Shown here: piece by piece, positions 24,501-37,043 of the stretch | How positions within the stretch are numbered: position 1 is the stretch's first letter | Layout: every line of letters starts with the position of its first letter | NCBI GenBank assembly: GCA_030141605.1 | Contig: JAQGDQ010000038.1 | Coordinates: 620,001-684,000 of the forward strand | Reading direction: 5' to 3' | Length of the DNA: 64,000 nucleotides | Origin: Tubiluchus corallicola | Lineage: Eukaryota; Animalia; Priapulida | Notes under the pieces: model-generated | Told to the model about the DNA's origin: nothing | Databases searched by the model: none | The model's input: only the letters and a program-made list of their open reading frames with translations | Translations under genes and position numbers: made by a program

Positions 24501-27500
24501 CAGCAAACCATTGCCTTTTTGGCACACCCACAACTCTGGCTACTACTTACAAATGAAGAGTAGCACACACAATACCAGAGTTTAACTTGCGTTCTTCAGT
24601 CACATCAGGTGCAGCAACCAAATTAACAAAAGCTTTTGGCACTTCAGCATGAAGTATGTCTAATGCTTCTGCGACATAGTACATATAAGTGTCCGTGGTG
24701 TGATTATTTTTCTGTCCAGTTTTACAAGCTCTACAGAGATTGTTTCCACCAATGAAAAAAGTTATGATCTTCCAGTCATTGTGCCAATCAACACCATGAA
24801 CTCCAGACTTCAAACGCTGAATTAGTTCTAATGCTTGTTTCGGCATATCTCTGCAATGAAATCAAGAAAGCTTTACAAACTTAATAAGGCAGAAATTTAA
24901 TTCGATCTAAATCTGCAAGCGTAATGCTCTGACAGTTTTTACACCTAACCATAGTACCTACCCTGCAAATTTCGCACCTCTGCAGCTGCAACTTAACACA
25001 AATGCCCTAATTTTTACATTTTGGCTCTTACATTGGGCTCTTTAACAATTTCAAGCTCTCTAGCCACACTGTTGTTGAAGCCCTACCCCAGATGTCCAAC
25101 CCGTAGGTTCCGTGATGAATCTAGTTACTATAGTTCTAAAGTTATTGAAAGTTGTGCATTTTTGATCCAATTTGGGCCCAGCTTTTTAAAAGCCTAGGCA
25201 CACATTTGTCCCACAATACCTCAATGCTTCTAAAAAAAATTTGAATGTCACTCAAAACCTCAGGAGTTGAATGACACTGAAAAAATTGACCATTGTCCAA
25301 TATCTCTTACCCTTCGACCAAAGTCATCGTTCACCATACCATCTTCAAGGCCCCTACACCAGGTGTCTACCCGCAAATTTCATGACTCTAGCCGTCTGTG
25401 TTTGAAGGTTAACATAAAGTAAAACTGAATATCCTATTTTCACATTTTGGCCCCTGTCTTCAACCATTAAAAATACCAGCTATTTAAACATGCCATTGTC
25501 TGAGCCTCCCCTTCTGGTTTCTACCCTGCAAGTTTCGTGATTCTAGTTATCATAGTTTTTTAGTTATCCAATGTCAAACATTTTGGCTCCTGTCTTAGAC
25601 CATTACACAATCTCAGCTTTTTACAGACCCAAGTACATACTTACCTCACAAAATCTAAATACCTATGAAAAAAATTGAATTTAATGCAAAAACCTAGGAG
25701 TTAAATGGCAGTTGAAACATGGCCCTTTGACGTTTTCTTGACCCTTTGACTGAGGTCACTGTTCGCCAACCACTTTCAAGGTTCCCTACTCCAGGTTACC
25801 TACCCTGCAAGTTCTCTCTAGCCCTCTGTGTTTGCGAATTAATATTAATTAATAAGTGGAAAACTGGAAGCCTAACATAATGATGAAAAATCTGCATATG
25901 TGTTCTCCACCCAAATCCGCAAACTAGTACTCATAGAAAAGAAAAATCACTTGACATTCTTTATACTGAAACAAGAAATACAACTACAACTACAATCATG
26001 GGGATGTCGCTTATAAAACTACTTTAAAAACAGTTCTCTATAACAAGAAAAGGACATAATTCGAATCCAACATGTAAATTTTATATAAAGATTATAATTA
26101 CTTTACTTAAAAGCAAAGCAGCAAACTTGAACACAAACACAAAGCATGTAAGAACACTGTGCTAAACAATCAGAAAAGTTCAACATTTACACTGATTGTT
26201 ATGCAATGAAACTGACGATGAAACTGATACCAGGTAAGGTACAACCACAGTTAATTAAGAAAGCATAGCATAAACAAATTACTTACTGTGCAATGGAGCC
26301 AGGTATAGCAACATTTAGATGGGCTTTCTCATCATCAGCATCACCAGTTAAGAGCGAGTAACCACGCAGGTCAGCATTAAATTCTCTCAACACATCTTAA
26401 AATAAGCAAATAAAAGTTGATCATTGAACAGGAGGAAAACAACAAGTTGTTAAATTAAGAAAATTCTAATCTTTTACACAGCTAAGACTCAATAATGTCA
26501 ACCTTTTTACTGCCTGTTTTTATTAAGCATCTTAAAGTAGCGCTGTAAATAGTCACATTTTCAGAAATTGTAGAATAAAGTTCTGACTCCAAAAAAGGGC
26601 AAAACTCATTATGAATAACTCATAATACATAATACATACATATATACATACATATAGATACATAATATATATAAAAGATTATCCATGCTAGTTCTTTGAG
26701 AAGAGACCCCGAACGAGCAGAGTGTGCATCCAAACTTGACTTTACAATGGGCACCGAAAATGCACTAGCCAGGTCGACATTATTTAACTTCACAGCCAAG
26801 AACACAAGCTATATGGGTATTCTTTTTGCCTAAAGTATACAAGGAAATCTGTGGATGCAGATCAGTTTTACTGGTTTACAGAATGCTTACTTGGTAATGT
26901 AGTTACATGTGTCAGATCCTTATCTCCTCCAATGCTGAAAAATCACAAATAGTGCACAGATAACATTTAATATGGATAATACATTTTTTACTACAAACAA
27001 ATTACAAGTTTAATGTAACACAACAAAGAGAAATAGTAAACATAGAAAACAAATTGAAATTATATGCAAAAGAGTACTCAGCATATATATAAACATAACT
27101 ATAGATTAGCTAGTGATTTAGACATAATTTGAATTGCAAGTCCTGCCCTAACAAAAGAAGATTGCTTACCTCCAAGATATTCCTCTGTATTCAGTTAACA
27201 AACCAACTGCAGTCAAAGCTTTGGCACCGTTAGCTGCCTGTGTTAAAAAACATTACAAAATTAGCTCACCTGTTCTTAAACTCAATTAAATTACCACTGA
27301 TTTTTTATCTTCCAGAAAAGTGTTTTTTCCATTTGTTGTGTTGATTTTAAATAAGTCTAAGACAAAAGTAAACAGTTTTATTAACATTATTTGCATACTA
27401 CTTGAAACTGACAAGTCCAAGTGTCAGGCCATCAGTGGATCGACAAACTTTATTATTGATCATTGACTGGTAGTTTGTATTGGCTCATAGCCGTAAGTTC

Positions 27501-29980
27501 ACTGATTTGACATATATTAAGCTTGTCCATTGAGTGTACAAAGTTTGATGTTGCTTATGATGGCACAAACTGACAATTCATTAAATTTATAACCAAAACG
27601 TGAAAAACAGGAAATGTGAAAAGTCTGAACACGGCCTGGGTTTGAACCAGGAACCAAGACCTAGCATCCCTGGTTCAAATCCGTGCTGTGTTTCAACTTT
27701 TATATTTATTGTTTTTCACATTTTTCAAATTTAATTGAGGGTTTGTACCATCACTAATATTAATCCTGATAAAGTTGATCCCGTTAATCCTGTATTAGCA
27801 TTCTAAACATTATTATTAACATTATTAACATTTTATGATTATATAATGCTAATTTGTCAAAGTTTAAGTTTTCGTCAAATATGGCATATTGCACAGCTTA
27901 ATCGAATTAGCCTAAAATTTTAAGCAACTGTAATTTCGATATGTATTTACATCCCATAACACCGTACCGTTAAAGAATCTCCCATTGCTGCAACAATGCT
28001 GACATCCCAAGGACGGAGTTCGTGAACTGAAACTGAAACCTGAGATATGTTAGAGTTCAGTTAATACAGCTTCGTTTAAATATTTAATCGGTTTGGTGTG
28101 TTAAATACTGGAGAAATGTACATCAGTGCGTACCACCATGTTTATAAAAGTATGTACTGATAAGAGTACACTTGTTTAAAGACTCGAGTAAAGACTTCGA
28201 GTAAGCAAAATGCTAATTCTTATCTCAACAAACCATATTTCATAATTTTGTATGCAGAACAAGTTCATTATACGTTGGACAGAACGCTTAATTAGTCCAG
28301 AACATCACTAAATTAATAACCAGTCGAGTGTTTCAAAATGAAGTAGATTATGTTAGTTGATTAAAATGTACCTTTCTGTCCATTAGCTGATGTCACCTTA
28401 GCTGCACAACGGAACTCATTATTTCCAAAAACTACCTATAACACCATAAATCTACTGTAATGTAAGGGATCACAAAATATTGTCAAAGGTATGCACACAG
28501 CAGCAGCAAACATTTGCAGTTGGTCAAACAAACACATTGCTACAAATATATTCATCCAAGCATGTATACAAAACACTGATTTGTTACAATGTGCTGTCTA
28601 AAAATATTTAGTTCCTAAACTCAAGAAATCTCCATCAACCTCAATGAAGTTTAACAGTATAGCCTGCTGTATTAAAATATAGATTATAGTCACATGGGAA
28701 TATTATACTTCAATTAGACTTGATTCATTTAATTTCAGAGATAATTGATTTAATAACATAATACAGTTTACCTTAGCTCCAATTTTGGTGCTGCTCTCTG
28801 TTTTCTGATTTTGTACGATGTTCAGTTTCATTAAAGCATTTTGAAACTCTTCAAAAGTGAAGTCATTTGGCAGTGGAACATCCGATTCTATAAATTGAAA
28901 AACAAACAGGCAGCAGGTAAGCAAAAAATTTTCACTGCTTGCCTAATGTGAGTGCAAGTAGTTATGTGTGGCAATCAGTGCAAATCCTACCTTAAAAAGA
29001 TCTCATAAATTACTTAGCTTCTACCATCTTAGATCTACTAAAAAGTCATTGTTTAAACGAAAGGCAAGGCTTCTTGAAAGTTAGGCTTATTCTGATGTTC
29101 GTAAAAAAATGTTAGAAAGTTTCAGCAATAAAAGTGCGACAGGGCTTTGTGTAATTGGTAAAATCACTTTAAAAGTTGTGATCATTTCATGCCAGGGCAC
29201 CTTACACTCATTTTGGAGCACCTAATGGTGTCATTGGCCAGCCGAAGAAAAAAGGTATAACAGTTTTTGCATTTTTTATATTTTTTCTAAGATGTAGTGC
29301 GAACAAAAAAAATAAAGCAAAAATCTACACCATGTGTTTTTTTAATAATTACTGAAGATTCTGAGCAACATATGTAAGACTGGACATCATAAAAAAATGT
29401 ATAGCTTATCGCTGGAACTTTAATTCAGCCCTGTTTCGTCAAGCAGTGTATAAAGGCACACAGACAAAAATCTCTGATGATTAGAATTTATAAACTTAAA
29501 AGTAGCAAAAATATGTGTGCAGAACATTTTACATTGCTTATCAATAAGCAAAAAATAGAGAAAGTCCCATCAAAGAACATAGTGATCTGATAAATGTGTT
29601 TGACATATTGTCATTAGCAAAGATTGACACTTGAGAGTTATCTACTAAACAGGGACTCCACATGATGGCAGACGTTTTGATAAGCACTTTCCCGCTCTGT
29701 GATGGCATTTTATCTGCTCCTGTCAATGGTACATCTAAGATAAAGCCTACTTGTGCCAACATGCCCGGTTAGTGACAACATGACACGCTAAACAAGCGTA
29801 CGAATACGTGGCCGCCTGCTAGAACGATGAGACCAATGACATTTATAAATAAGGCATTCCACTTTAAACTAATAGCAGATACAAGCAATCACATTGAATT
29901 TTCTGTTCTAGGATCACTCTCCTGCTAGGATCTCCTAGTCAGTTTTGCAAAAGTGTTTCATCAACTATGTGTATAAACTT

Positions 29981-30015
<35 letters not shown>

Positions 30016-31998
30016 GTTGTGCAATTATATATTGCAAAACTGAGAAACACTGTTTGTAAAAACTGTAACTTTGTGGATAACCTAAATTTCAGATAACACA
30101 TGATCGAGAAAGGCTCAGCTAACATTAAAACATTGATCCACAAATTTAGCTAAAAACAAAAACTGGGGTCTAATTAGAATTAATTATCACCTTAATACAC
30201 TATAGGTCTATTACTAGGTAATCATATGTACTTTATGTACCTAACCTCTGTTCCCATAGCCCTACATGCTACAGCACAAAATATGAAGTTGGTACTTGCC
30301 AACATGTAAGTCGTAGCTTAGTGGCTCTACAGACAAACTAATACAGACAAAGGAAAGCAATAATAAACATTTTATGGCAACTAATATCATGCAACAGAAT
30401 TTGATGTCCAGGTTACAAAAAAGTAAATGCTTTTATATCAGGGTTTATAAACTCCTGGCAATAAAGCTTTGTCCTTGAAATGCTGTGCACCAAAATGTGT
30501 AAAGAACACTTGAACAATGTGTACTATCAGGTTGCAAACAGTTTGCTTTTTAGCTATATTGCACATGAGTGCACAAGCATATCTATACTACACATACTGA
30601 GTGACAAGATTGTTCCTGGGTCAATGCCTTGGAAAAAAGCCAAAATAATTTAACCAAGGCATGAACCCTTAAACTGATAATACGAAACATTCAAGTAGGA
30701 GCCATTAAATATTGATAACAAAAAAACAGTAAATTTAGCACACCAAGTAGATGAAAAGAGATCAGCTACAGGTAGAATACAACCCAAAAATCTGGTGCTT
30801 TTATGATGTTGAAAACATTATTTTAGAAATACTAGAATAATTTTGTTGCAAGCCCACAATAAAAAAAACTAATGGGGCTCTTAAGACAAGTTTTCATATC
30901 TCTTATTATTAAAATACAAAGTTTCACTTCTTTGAGTTGAATGTTTTTACAATATAAACCAGCTATACATAGTTAGTACTTACAAATATCCCACAAAAAA
31001 TTTTCTATTTTCTTATACAAATTTGTCTGTGAGTGACTTGAGTAATGACCTATTTTCATTTTTTTAATAAAATGCCAGCAGCACATAGGGTTATAATTCT
31101 TTCCAATAACTGAAGACAGTTAAAGCTGTACCTCAGTTTTTAAATGATATTAGTAGTATCAGTTTTTAAATGGCATTCAAAGTGGCCTCCTTACATAACA
31201 ATAACAGAACTGGCAGACACTTGACTTGAAATACCAATTTGTCATAAAATTTGCAATTTGCATTTCACTAAGTTCAGCAAAGCTTTAAATTATTCAAAAG
31301 GATAAAAAATAAAATTACTGCAAAAAATAAAATGACTATGGTTTACAGGTGTGAAAGCCTAGGTCACAAAATAATCAGCTTGCTTCCTTTATGCGCGAAA
31401 GCATAGGTCAGTAAGGCAGTAATAATGAATATCACAATTAAATACATACAATTATTTAAACCAGATTAAAAGGATTAATACTAGTGTTAAAAGTGCAAAA
31501 ATTTTAAACTGTGAATGTTAAGCTGGGTTTAAGCAGGTTTATAGAAATTATCAGAGTATTGGGCAAAAATGAAATTTAAAAAGTTAGGCAAAACACAACA
31601 TTTTTAGGTCAAGCACTATACAATATCCAAAAATTTAGGATGGATGTTTACGACATATTGTAATTAATTTTTGCAGCGTTTACATAATTTATGTCCACAA
31701 AGAAGACGACACAGCAGGTTAAGTTATCTTAGTTTGATAATGTTGGGTTTATTATTAAAAAATATTAAGTTATTTATCAATATACTTAGTAAGGTGAAAT
31801 GGTCGGTGAAGATGACTGATAAATTTAATGTTATTCTGATATTTCTAAAGTTAAAAGTTAAAATTTAATACCAATCATAATAGCACATTCTTCATTACTA
31901 CTACTAAAAAGATATTATACTATTTCACCTTTTATTTGGCTATCAGAAGCACACAGCACGATGATACAGGCAAACAAAAGAGGAAAATTCTGCGCCAT
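18521..31998 (-). CDS. PLB1: Phospholipase B1-like GDSL/SGNH lipase, type I membrane protein, ~610 aa; exons 31998-31929, 28887-28772, 28435-28372, 28032-27968, 27237-27170, 26934-26891, 26395-26287, 24850-24551, 23175-22992, 21920-21816, 20706-20641, 20042-19881, 19650-19329, 18678-18521
   Basis: Signal peptide MAQNFPLLFACIIVLCAS. PLB1 motifs SVHELRPWDVSIVAAMGDSLTAANGA, EYRGISWSIGGD, TTLPNVLREFN, LNVAIPGS, DWKIITFFIGGNNLC, GRYDTREDFTVVYQPF, FFAPDCFHFS, AVWNNML and CPDEDKPYFATYKNS. TM helix VGIVLGVVFGIAVVGVLTVVIV followed by a basic stop-transfer. All GT-AG phases are consistent. Confidence 0.92.
24940..25850. repeat. Degenerate internally repetitive element (~430-bp duplicated block with shorter subunits) in PLB1-like intron
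   Basis: About 25230-25415 aligns by eye with about 25665-25845. The motif TACCC(T)GCAA(A/G)TTTC(A/G)TGA(C/T)TCTAG recurs near 24960, 25100, 25370, 25520 and 25800. Confidence 0.7.
27596..27725. repeat. Imperfect palindrome (foldback) with two inverted tRNA B-box-like motifs
   Basis: Arms TGAAAAACA..GGGTTTGAACCAGG and CCTGGTTCAAATCC..TGTTTTTCA are reverse complements around a ~15-nt spacer. Confidence 0.7.
29984..30012. repeat. (TA)n microsatellite
   Basis: Direct reading. Confidence 0.95.
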
Positions 31999-32029
31999 AA
32001 TTCCTTTGTACCTACTCAAAATGCATTTA

Positions 32030-32320
32030 ATTTGAGCGCGGCATCAGTATAGCCTCCGTACATTAAGGTGACTAGCAAATTTTGCAAAATTACGAGACAT
32101 GTTGCCGATAATGTTATAAAGTAGAACTTATCGTCATAAAAATCGTGCCGCCATCGTGTCAATGTTATCCCACGTGATCGATTTTGATGACGTCATAGAA
32201 TCAGCCGACAGTTGAGAGCACGCGATTTGCTCAGACAACTGATATTACTGCTAATGTCCAGCTAGGCAGATTTAAAATTGATCGCGATGCGCATGCGGAA
32301 ATTTATGGTCAAACTTTTCA
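32030..32320. promoter_or_regulatory. CpG-rich promoter between the divergent PLB1-like and UGT genes: E-box CACGTG (32171-76), palindromic CRE TGACGTCA (32188-95), NRF1-like TGCGCATGCG (32288-97)
   Basis: Motifs read directly, 170-300 bp upstream of the PLB1-like ATG, with an abrupt rise in CpG content compared with the gene body. Confidence 0.6.
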
Positions 32321-33734
32321 GAGATCTCTCTTTTTTCAATGGCTATCTTTCTCCCTCTCCCCTTTGCTAGAATCCTTTAGCAATGCTAACCACGCTAAAA
32401 TATACAAACCATACTAATCGCATCATCTTTCTCTCTCGCCCGAGGGCGGGATCATAACGAGTATTAATGACCCTGATTCCCCATACATACGTTCGTTGTC
32501 TGTAAAAATGAAACGCCTCAGTAATAATTTAAAATGTAACAATATAACAGTAATTAAATAGCATAGCACATACACAATAAATTGAGTAAGCTGATCTAAA
32601 ATTAAACACTTAATCGGTAATTGATTACGTAAATCAGTTACATGTGGTTAAGCTATCGAATTACGTTATACAATAATTAAAGCAAGCACCTGCCATAAAT
32701 ATATAATTGCACTTGAATAATTAGACCTATAATATGAAATTAGTGAATAGCAAGTGCCAGCTTTTCTTTACAATTACCGTCCACTACATTGCGGTATCAG
32801 TCCATTGCCACACTGCTTGTAAATCTTTCCCATGCAAAATAAGCTCCTTTGGAGTTTTGAAATAAAAATTAAGAATGATGAAAGACAACGTGGTGCCGAG
32901 TCCTCCTATTTTAAACGATAGGCTTGCATTTTTAGTGGTTGAAACTAAATGGTGAGCACCGCATGGTGACATACTCCTTCAGATGACAATCTCTAAACAC
33001 GAATAATTTGGCTCACCAGTTTGCTTTTGAAAATGCTCCACACACGTTTTAGTAAAATAGTCAACTTATAGTCATCCCTTACCGCCCAGAAAAACCAGTT
33101 TTGCAAATACTAGAACTGATTCAGGAGTAGTCCTGTGTCTGTGTGTGAGCCTATAGTGTCTTGTGAATTTGTGGTAAGTTAAATGCGATTATTATACCGT
33201 AGCCAGTATAGTTTCAAATGCAGGGGCTTTGCAGATTATACAATTATGATAATAGCTACATATCATAGCTGCTTTAGTATAGTAATACCTACAGTGCAGA
33301 CGGATTTTTACTCGCCGGCTCTTGTACAAAAGTGGCATAAACGAATGTAGCTACGGATTGTTGTTGTAAGTAATTAAATGTTTTAAAGTTTATAAAGATA
33401 AGTGTGTGCTTACAGATGGGACAATATGGGGGAGGGGAGAGTGTTGGAGTAGAAAAGAATGTGTAAATACTTTCCAGTTAACACAGTTAACACAGTGCTT
33501 TATCTTTACAGGACACACTGCCTAACTTTTACATAAAATATTACTATTCGCACGTAATTAGAGGAAAGTACTTGTGCGTTGGCAGCTAAACGTTTTGTTT
33601 TACATTAAATTTTCAGGAACTTGGTGCTTGAAAGTTATGTGTTTGTCATGCCGTAAAATGCTCGACTATGTATCAAAAATTATATACAGAAGCTGAATAA
33701 AATATAAGTTATCCAGAGCTGTTTAACATATGCA

Positions 33735-36700
33735 ATGTTACAACAAAGTATTGTGTACACTGTCATAGCGCTGATAAATACCATTTATGGATTGAGTTCT
33801 TATAAAGTTCTAATGATTGGTCACCTCGGCGGACTGCCCAATAGCCACCGGTTTTTGATGGAAAAGATAGCCAATCTGTTAGCTCGGGATGGCCACCAAG
33901 TAACATTTCTTTCCGGTAAGGAGTTCCCAATCAACGGATATTTTCAGGTCATGCGTTATGAAGCCATGCCAGCTGTATGGCCCATTGACATGATTTCGTT
34001 TGATGCAAGTGTTCGAAGAGGAATCGCTCTGGAGACAACATTTTATTATCAAAACAAAGTCTTCGCTGCTATCTGTGAAAAACTCGTAGCAAACAGAGAA
34101 CTTCTGCGACGGCTGGATAACGAAAATTTTGACTTGGTGTTCATAGACATGGATGACACGTGCAGTTATTTAATTGTTGAATATTTAAGAAAACACTACA
34201 TTGGTATCTCAGCTACATCGTACAGTCAATATGACGAATCCTCGATCTTTCCTTCATACATACCAAGTGGCCATTCTTCCTGCACCAATGAGATGAACAT
34301 GTGGGAGAGGGGAAGAAATGTCATCAGTTATCTCAGAGAAACAGCAATCAAGGCATTTCTGATTATTCCTACTTTTGATTCGCTTGGTAAGAAACATGGT
34401 TTAAGGCTGGTAAGTTTCAATACACTAAATTTTGCATTTTAATGCCGTGCATATACATATTCTATGTAGCTCAGTTAAGCTAATCAGCTGTGTAAACGAT
34501 GTAAGTCTCCAGTTATGTTCACATGAATATTTTGATATTGCTACCCCAAAATTTTTAGTACATGATGTGATACGATGTGATATTTTTGTGATAAGCAACG
34601 GTCCTACATAGCTTCCTTTTACCATCAAATTAATTATACGTTACTATCAACTACTTATTGCGTTTTATTTTTCTCTTGCAGAATATGAGTGTGTATGACA
34701 TTTCTAGGAGGGTTTCATTTGTGTTTTCTAATGGAGATTTTTCGCTTGATTTTCCTAGACCTATTATGCCCAACAATGTTTATATAGGTTAGGATTTAAT
34801 GTTGCATTTGTTTATCACTGTTATCATTTTCATATTAGTTTACTTACCAGTTATTTAACTTATTAATGCAATGAAGTATGTGTCTTGTGCAGAGCAATAA
34901 AAGAAGCAGTGTAAAATAGGCCTAATTATACATCCGTAATTTCAGGTGGTATAATGGCAGCCCCTAAGCAAGATCTGACATCAGAATTGAAACAATTTGT
35001 AGAAAACTCGGAAAGCAAGGGCACTATTCTGATTAATTTTGGTTCACTTGTGGAGGAGCTAGACCAGGTACAGTTGTTTCTTTTGTTCGCAAACCTAAAA
35101 TTAGCGCATATTTTCTCCTGTAGTTAGCAGAAGCTGTTGAAACTTCGTCCACCACTCCATCCACATTCACGATTTATACACCTTTGTGACTTTTCATATA
35201 CTAACCATATAAAAAAATCTTACAAGTTACACGTCAAGCAAAATGCATGAAAGCTAGAGGAGGAACCAAATCAGCTATAAGTTCATATAACCCGAAATTC
35301 AGGTGACGTCACCCGCAACCACTGATCCTAAATTGTCATAATATGGCCAAGTCTAAGCCTTTGAGTTCGATTCCACAAAAACGCTGCTGATAATCTACTG
35401 ATTCTGCACATATAAAAACGCTATAATCTGCTGATTCTGCATATATAAAAAAAGAAATTATTACAGCATTAGTGACCTTTGTTTGGTGACCATGAAGCAC
35501 GAAATCACGATTTAAATGTGGCGCTGGGCATTTAACTGATTATGACGTACACAGTGAACACTATTCATATGCTGCACTAATCTGGAATCTAGACAACCAT
35601 ACTACTGACTACCTAATAAAGAAGCTCTAACGCCGGACACGCGCTACATCCGTGGATGTATTTAAACATACATCACATGAGTGTTTCCATAGTAAGTTCG
35701 CTTTGGCGCTTAGTGAAGTTCGACTATTTAGTACAATATCCCCAAAAATTCAGCTTTGTCATTATTACCTTCTGCTGTAATCAAGTTTTCATTTGAGGTA
35801 AGCTTTTCATTAATTAATTCTGTTGTTCACAAATTGCATTCTTGTTGACTCATTGTTAAACTGTAGCTTTTTTTACAACAAGGGTTTGGATATAAGTACC
35901 AAATGTTTCGCTTAATTCACTTTGTTTCAGGCAATGGCAGACAAGTTTCTCAAAGTTTTTCACCACTTTAGTTCATACCAATTTGTGGTTCGATTGAAGC
36001 AAAATTCAGCTGAACTAAATTTTCCTAGCAATATACTGGTAACAGAATGGACACCACAGAACGACTTGTTAGGTAAAAATTAATACCTGTATTCCTTTAT
36101 CAAACGATGTATAATAATTACACACAAATTATGAATTCACTTTTTCTGTGTGACCGTTTTAATCCTTTTTTAATGGTTAATGGTGAGGATGTGACCAGAT
36201 GACATAGATGGTGATGATGATGACGATGATGATGATGGTTGTCATACTTATAGTTGTGGTACCGGTGTGAGATGATGGTGATGAGGAATAAATTTTTATA
36301 AGATAGAAATAAATTTGTAATTTTTAGGTCACGTGAAGACGGTTGCCTTTTTAACGCAAGGAGGTGCTAATGGAATTTGGGAAGCTGTATACCATGCTGT
36401 TCCAGTTATTGTTTTCCCTATTTCCCTGGATCATTATGTCAATGCTGCCAAGATAACCAAGAGTGGCATGGGACTAACTGTGAATTTTCGTGATTTCTCA
36501 CCGGAACAGCTGAAAGAAAAGTTAATGAAAATTCTACAAAATGACAGGTGAGTTGATCAAATCATTAAGCGCACTAGCGTTCTTTCTAGTCAGAAGTAAA
36601 TTTTGCCATTATACTAAAGGTATAAGTCTTGCACTTGCAAGTTACAGTTTTCATTGTACATGCGGGTGGACTACAAACTGTATTAAGCTATATGAGTTAT

Positions 36701-37043
36701 AGTAAATAGCTGGCTAATGAATTAAAATTAACAGCAGATCCACTCTCACCTGGTTTTCAGTTACAAAGCATCGGCGAAGTACATTTCTAAGCTATTCCAC
36801 AAACAGCCTATGACTTCAGTCGAAAGAGTATCTTTTTGGACGTCGTATGTTTTGAGCACAGATGGCGCCAGGCACTTGAGATCGTCGTCTGTTGAACTGA
36901 ATTTTTTCCAGTATTTTCTTCTAGACATAGGTTCTTACATAGGATTTATAATGTTTTTTGCTTATGCAGTCATAAAGTTTTTTTGTAAGTACACAAAGAT
37001 TAATAGAAATAAAGTCAAAAAGCAGAAAAATAAAAACGAATGA
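33735..37043 (+). CDS. UDP-glycosyltransferase (GT1/UDPGT family, ER membrane), 515 aa; exons 33735-34409, 34682-34787, 34946-35067, 35931-36072, 36328-36547, 36761-37043
   Basis: Signal peptide; catalytic His (PNSHRF); FDLVFID; PSYIP; MNMWERGRN; LDFPRPIMPNNVYIGG; INFGS. UGT signature [65 protein letters not shown], a C-terminal TM helix and a KxKxx ER-retrieval end (KNKNE). Phases are consistent. Confidence 0.95.
35376..35452. repeat. Short tandem duplication in UGT intron
   Basis: AAAACGCT..ATAATCT(A/G)CTGATTCTGCA(C/T)ATATAAAAA occurs twice in tandem. Confidence 0.7.
36205..36240. repeat. (GAT)n microsatellite
   Basis: Direct reading. Confidence 0.85.
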
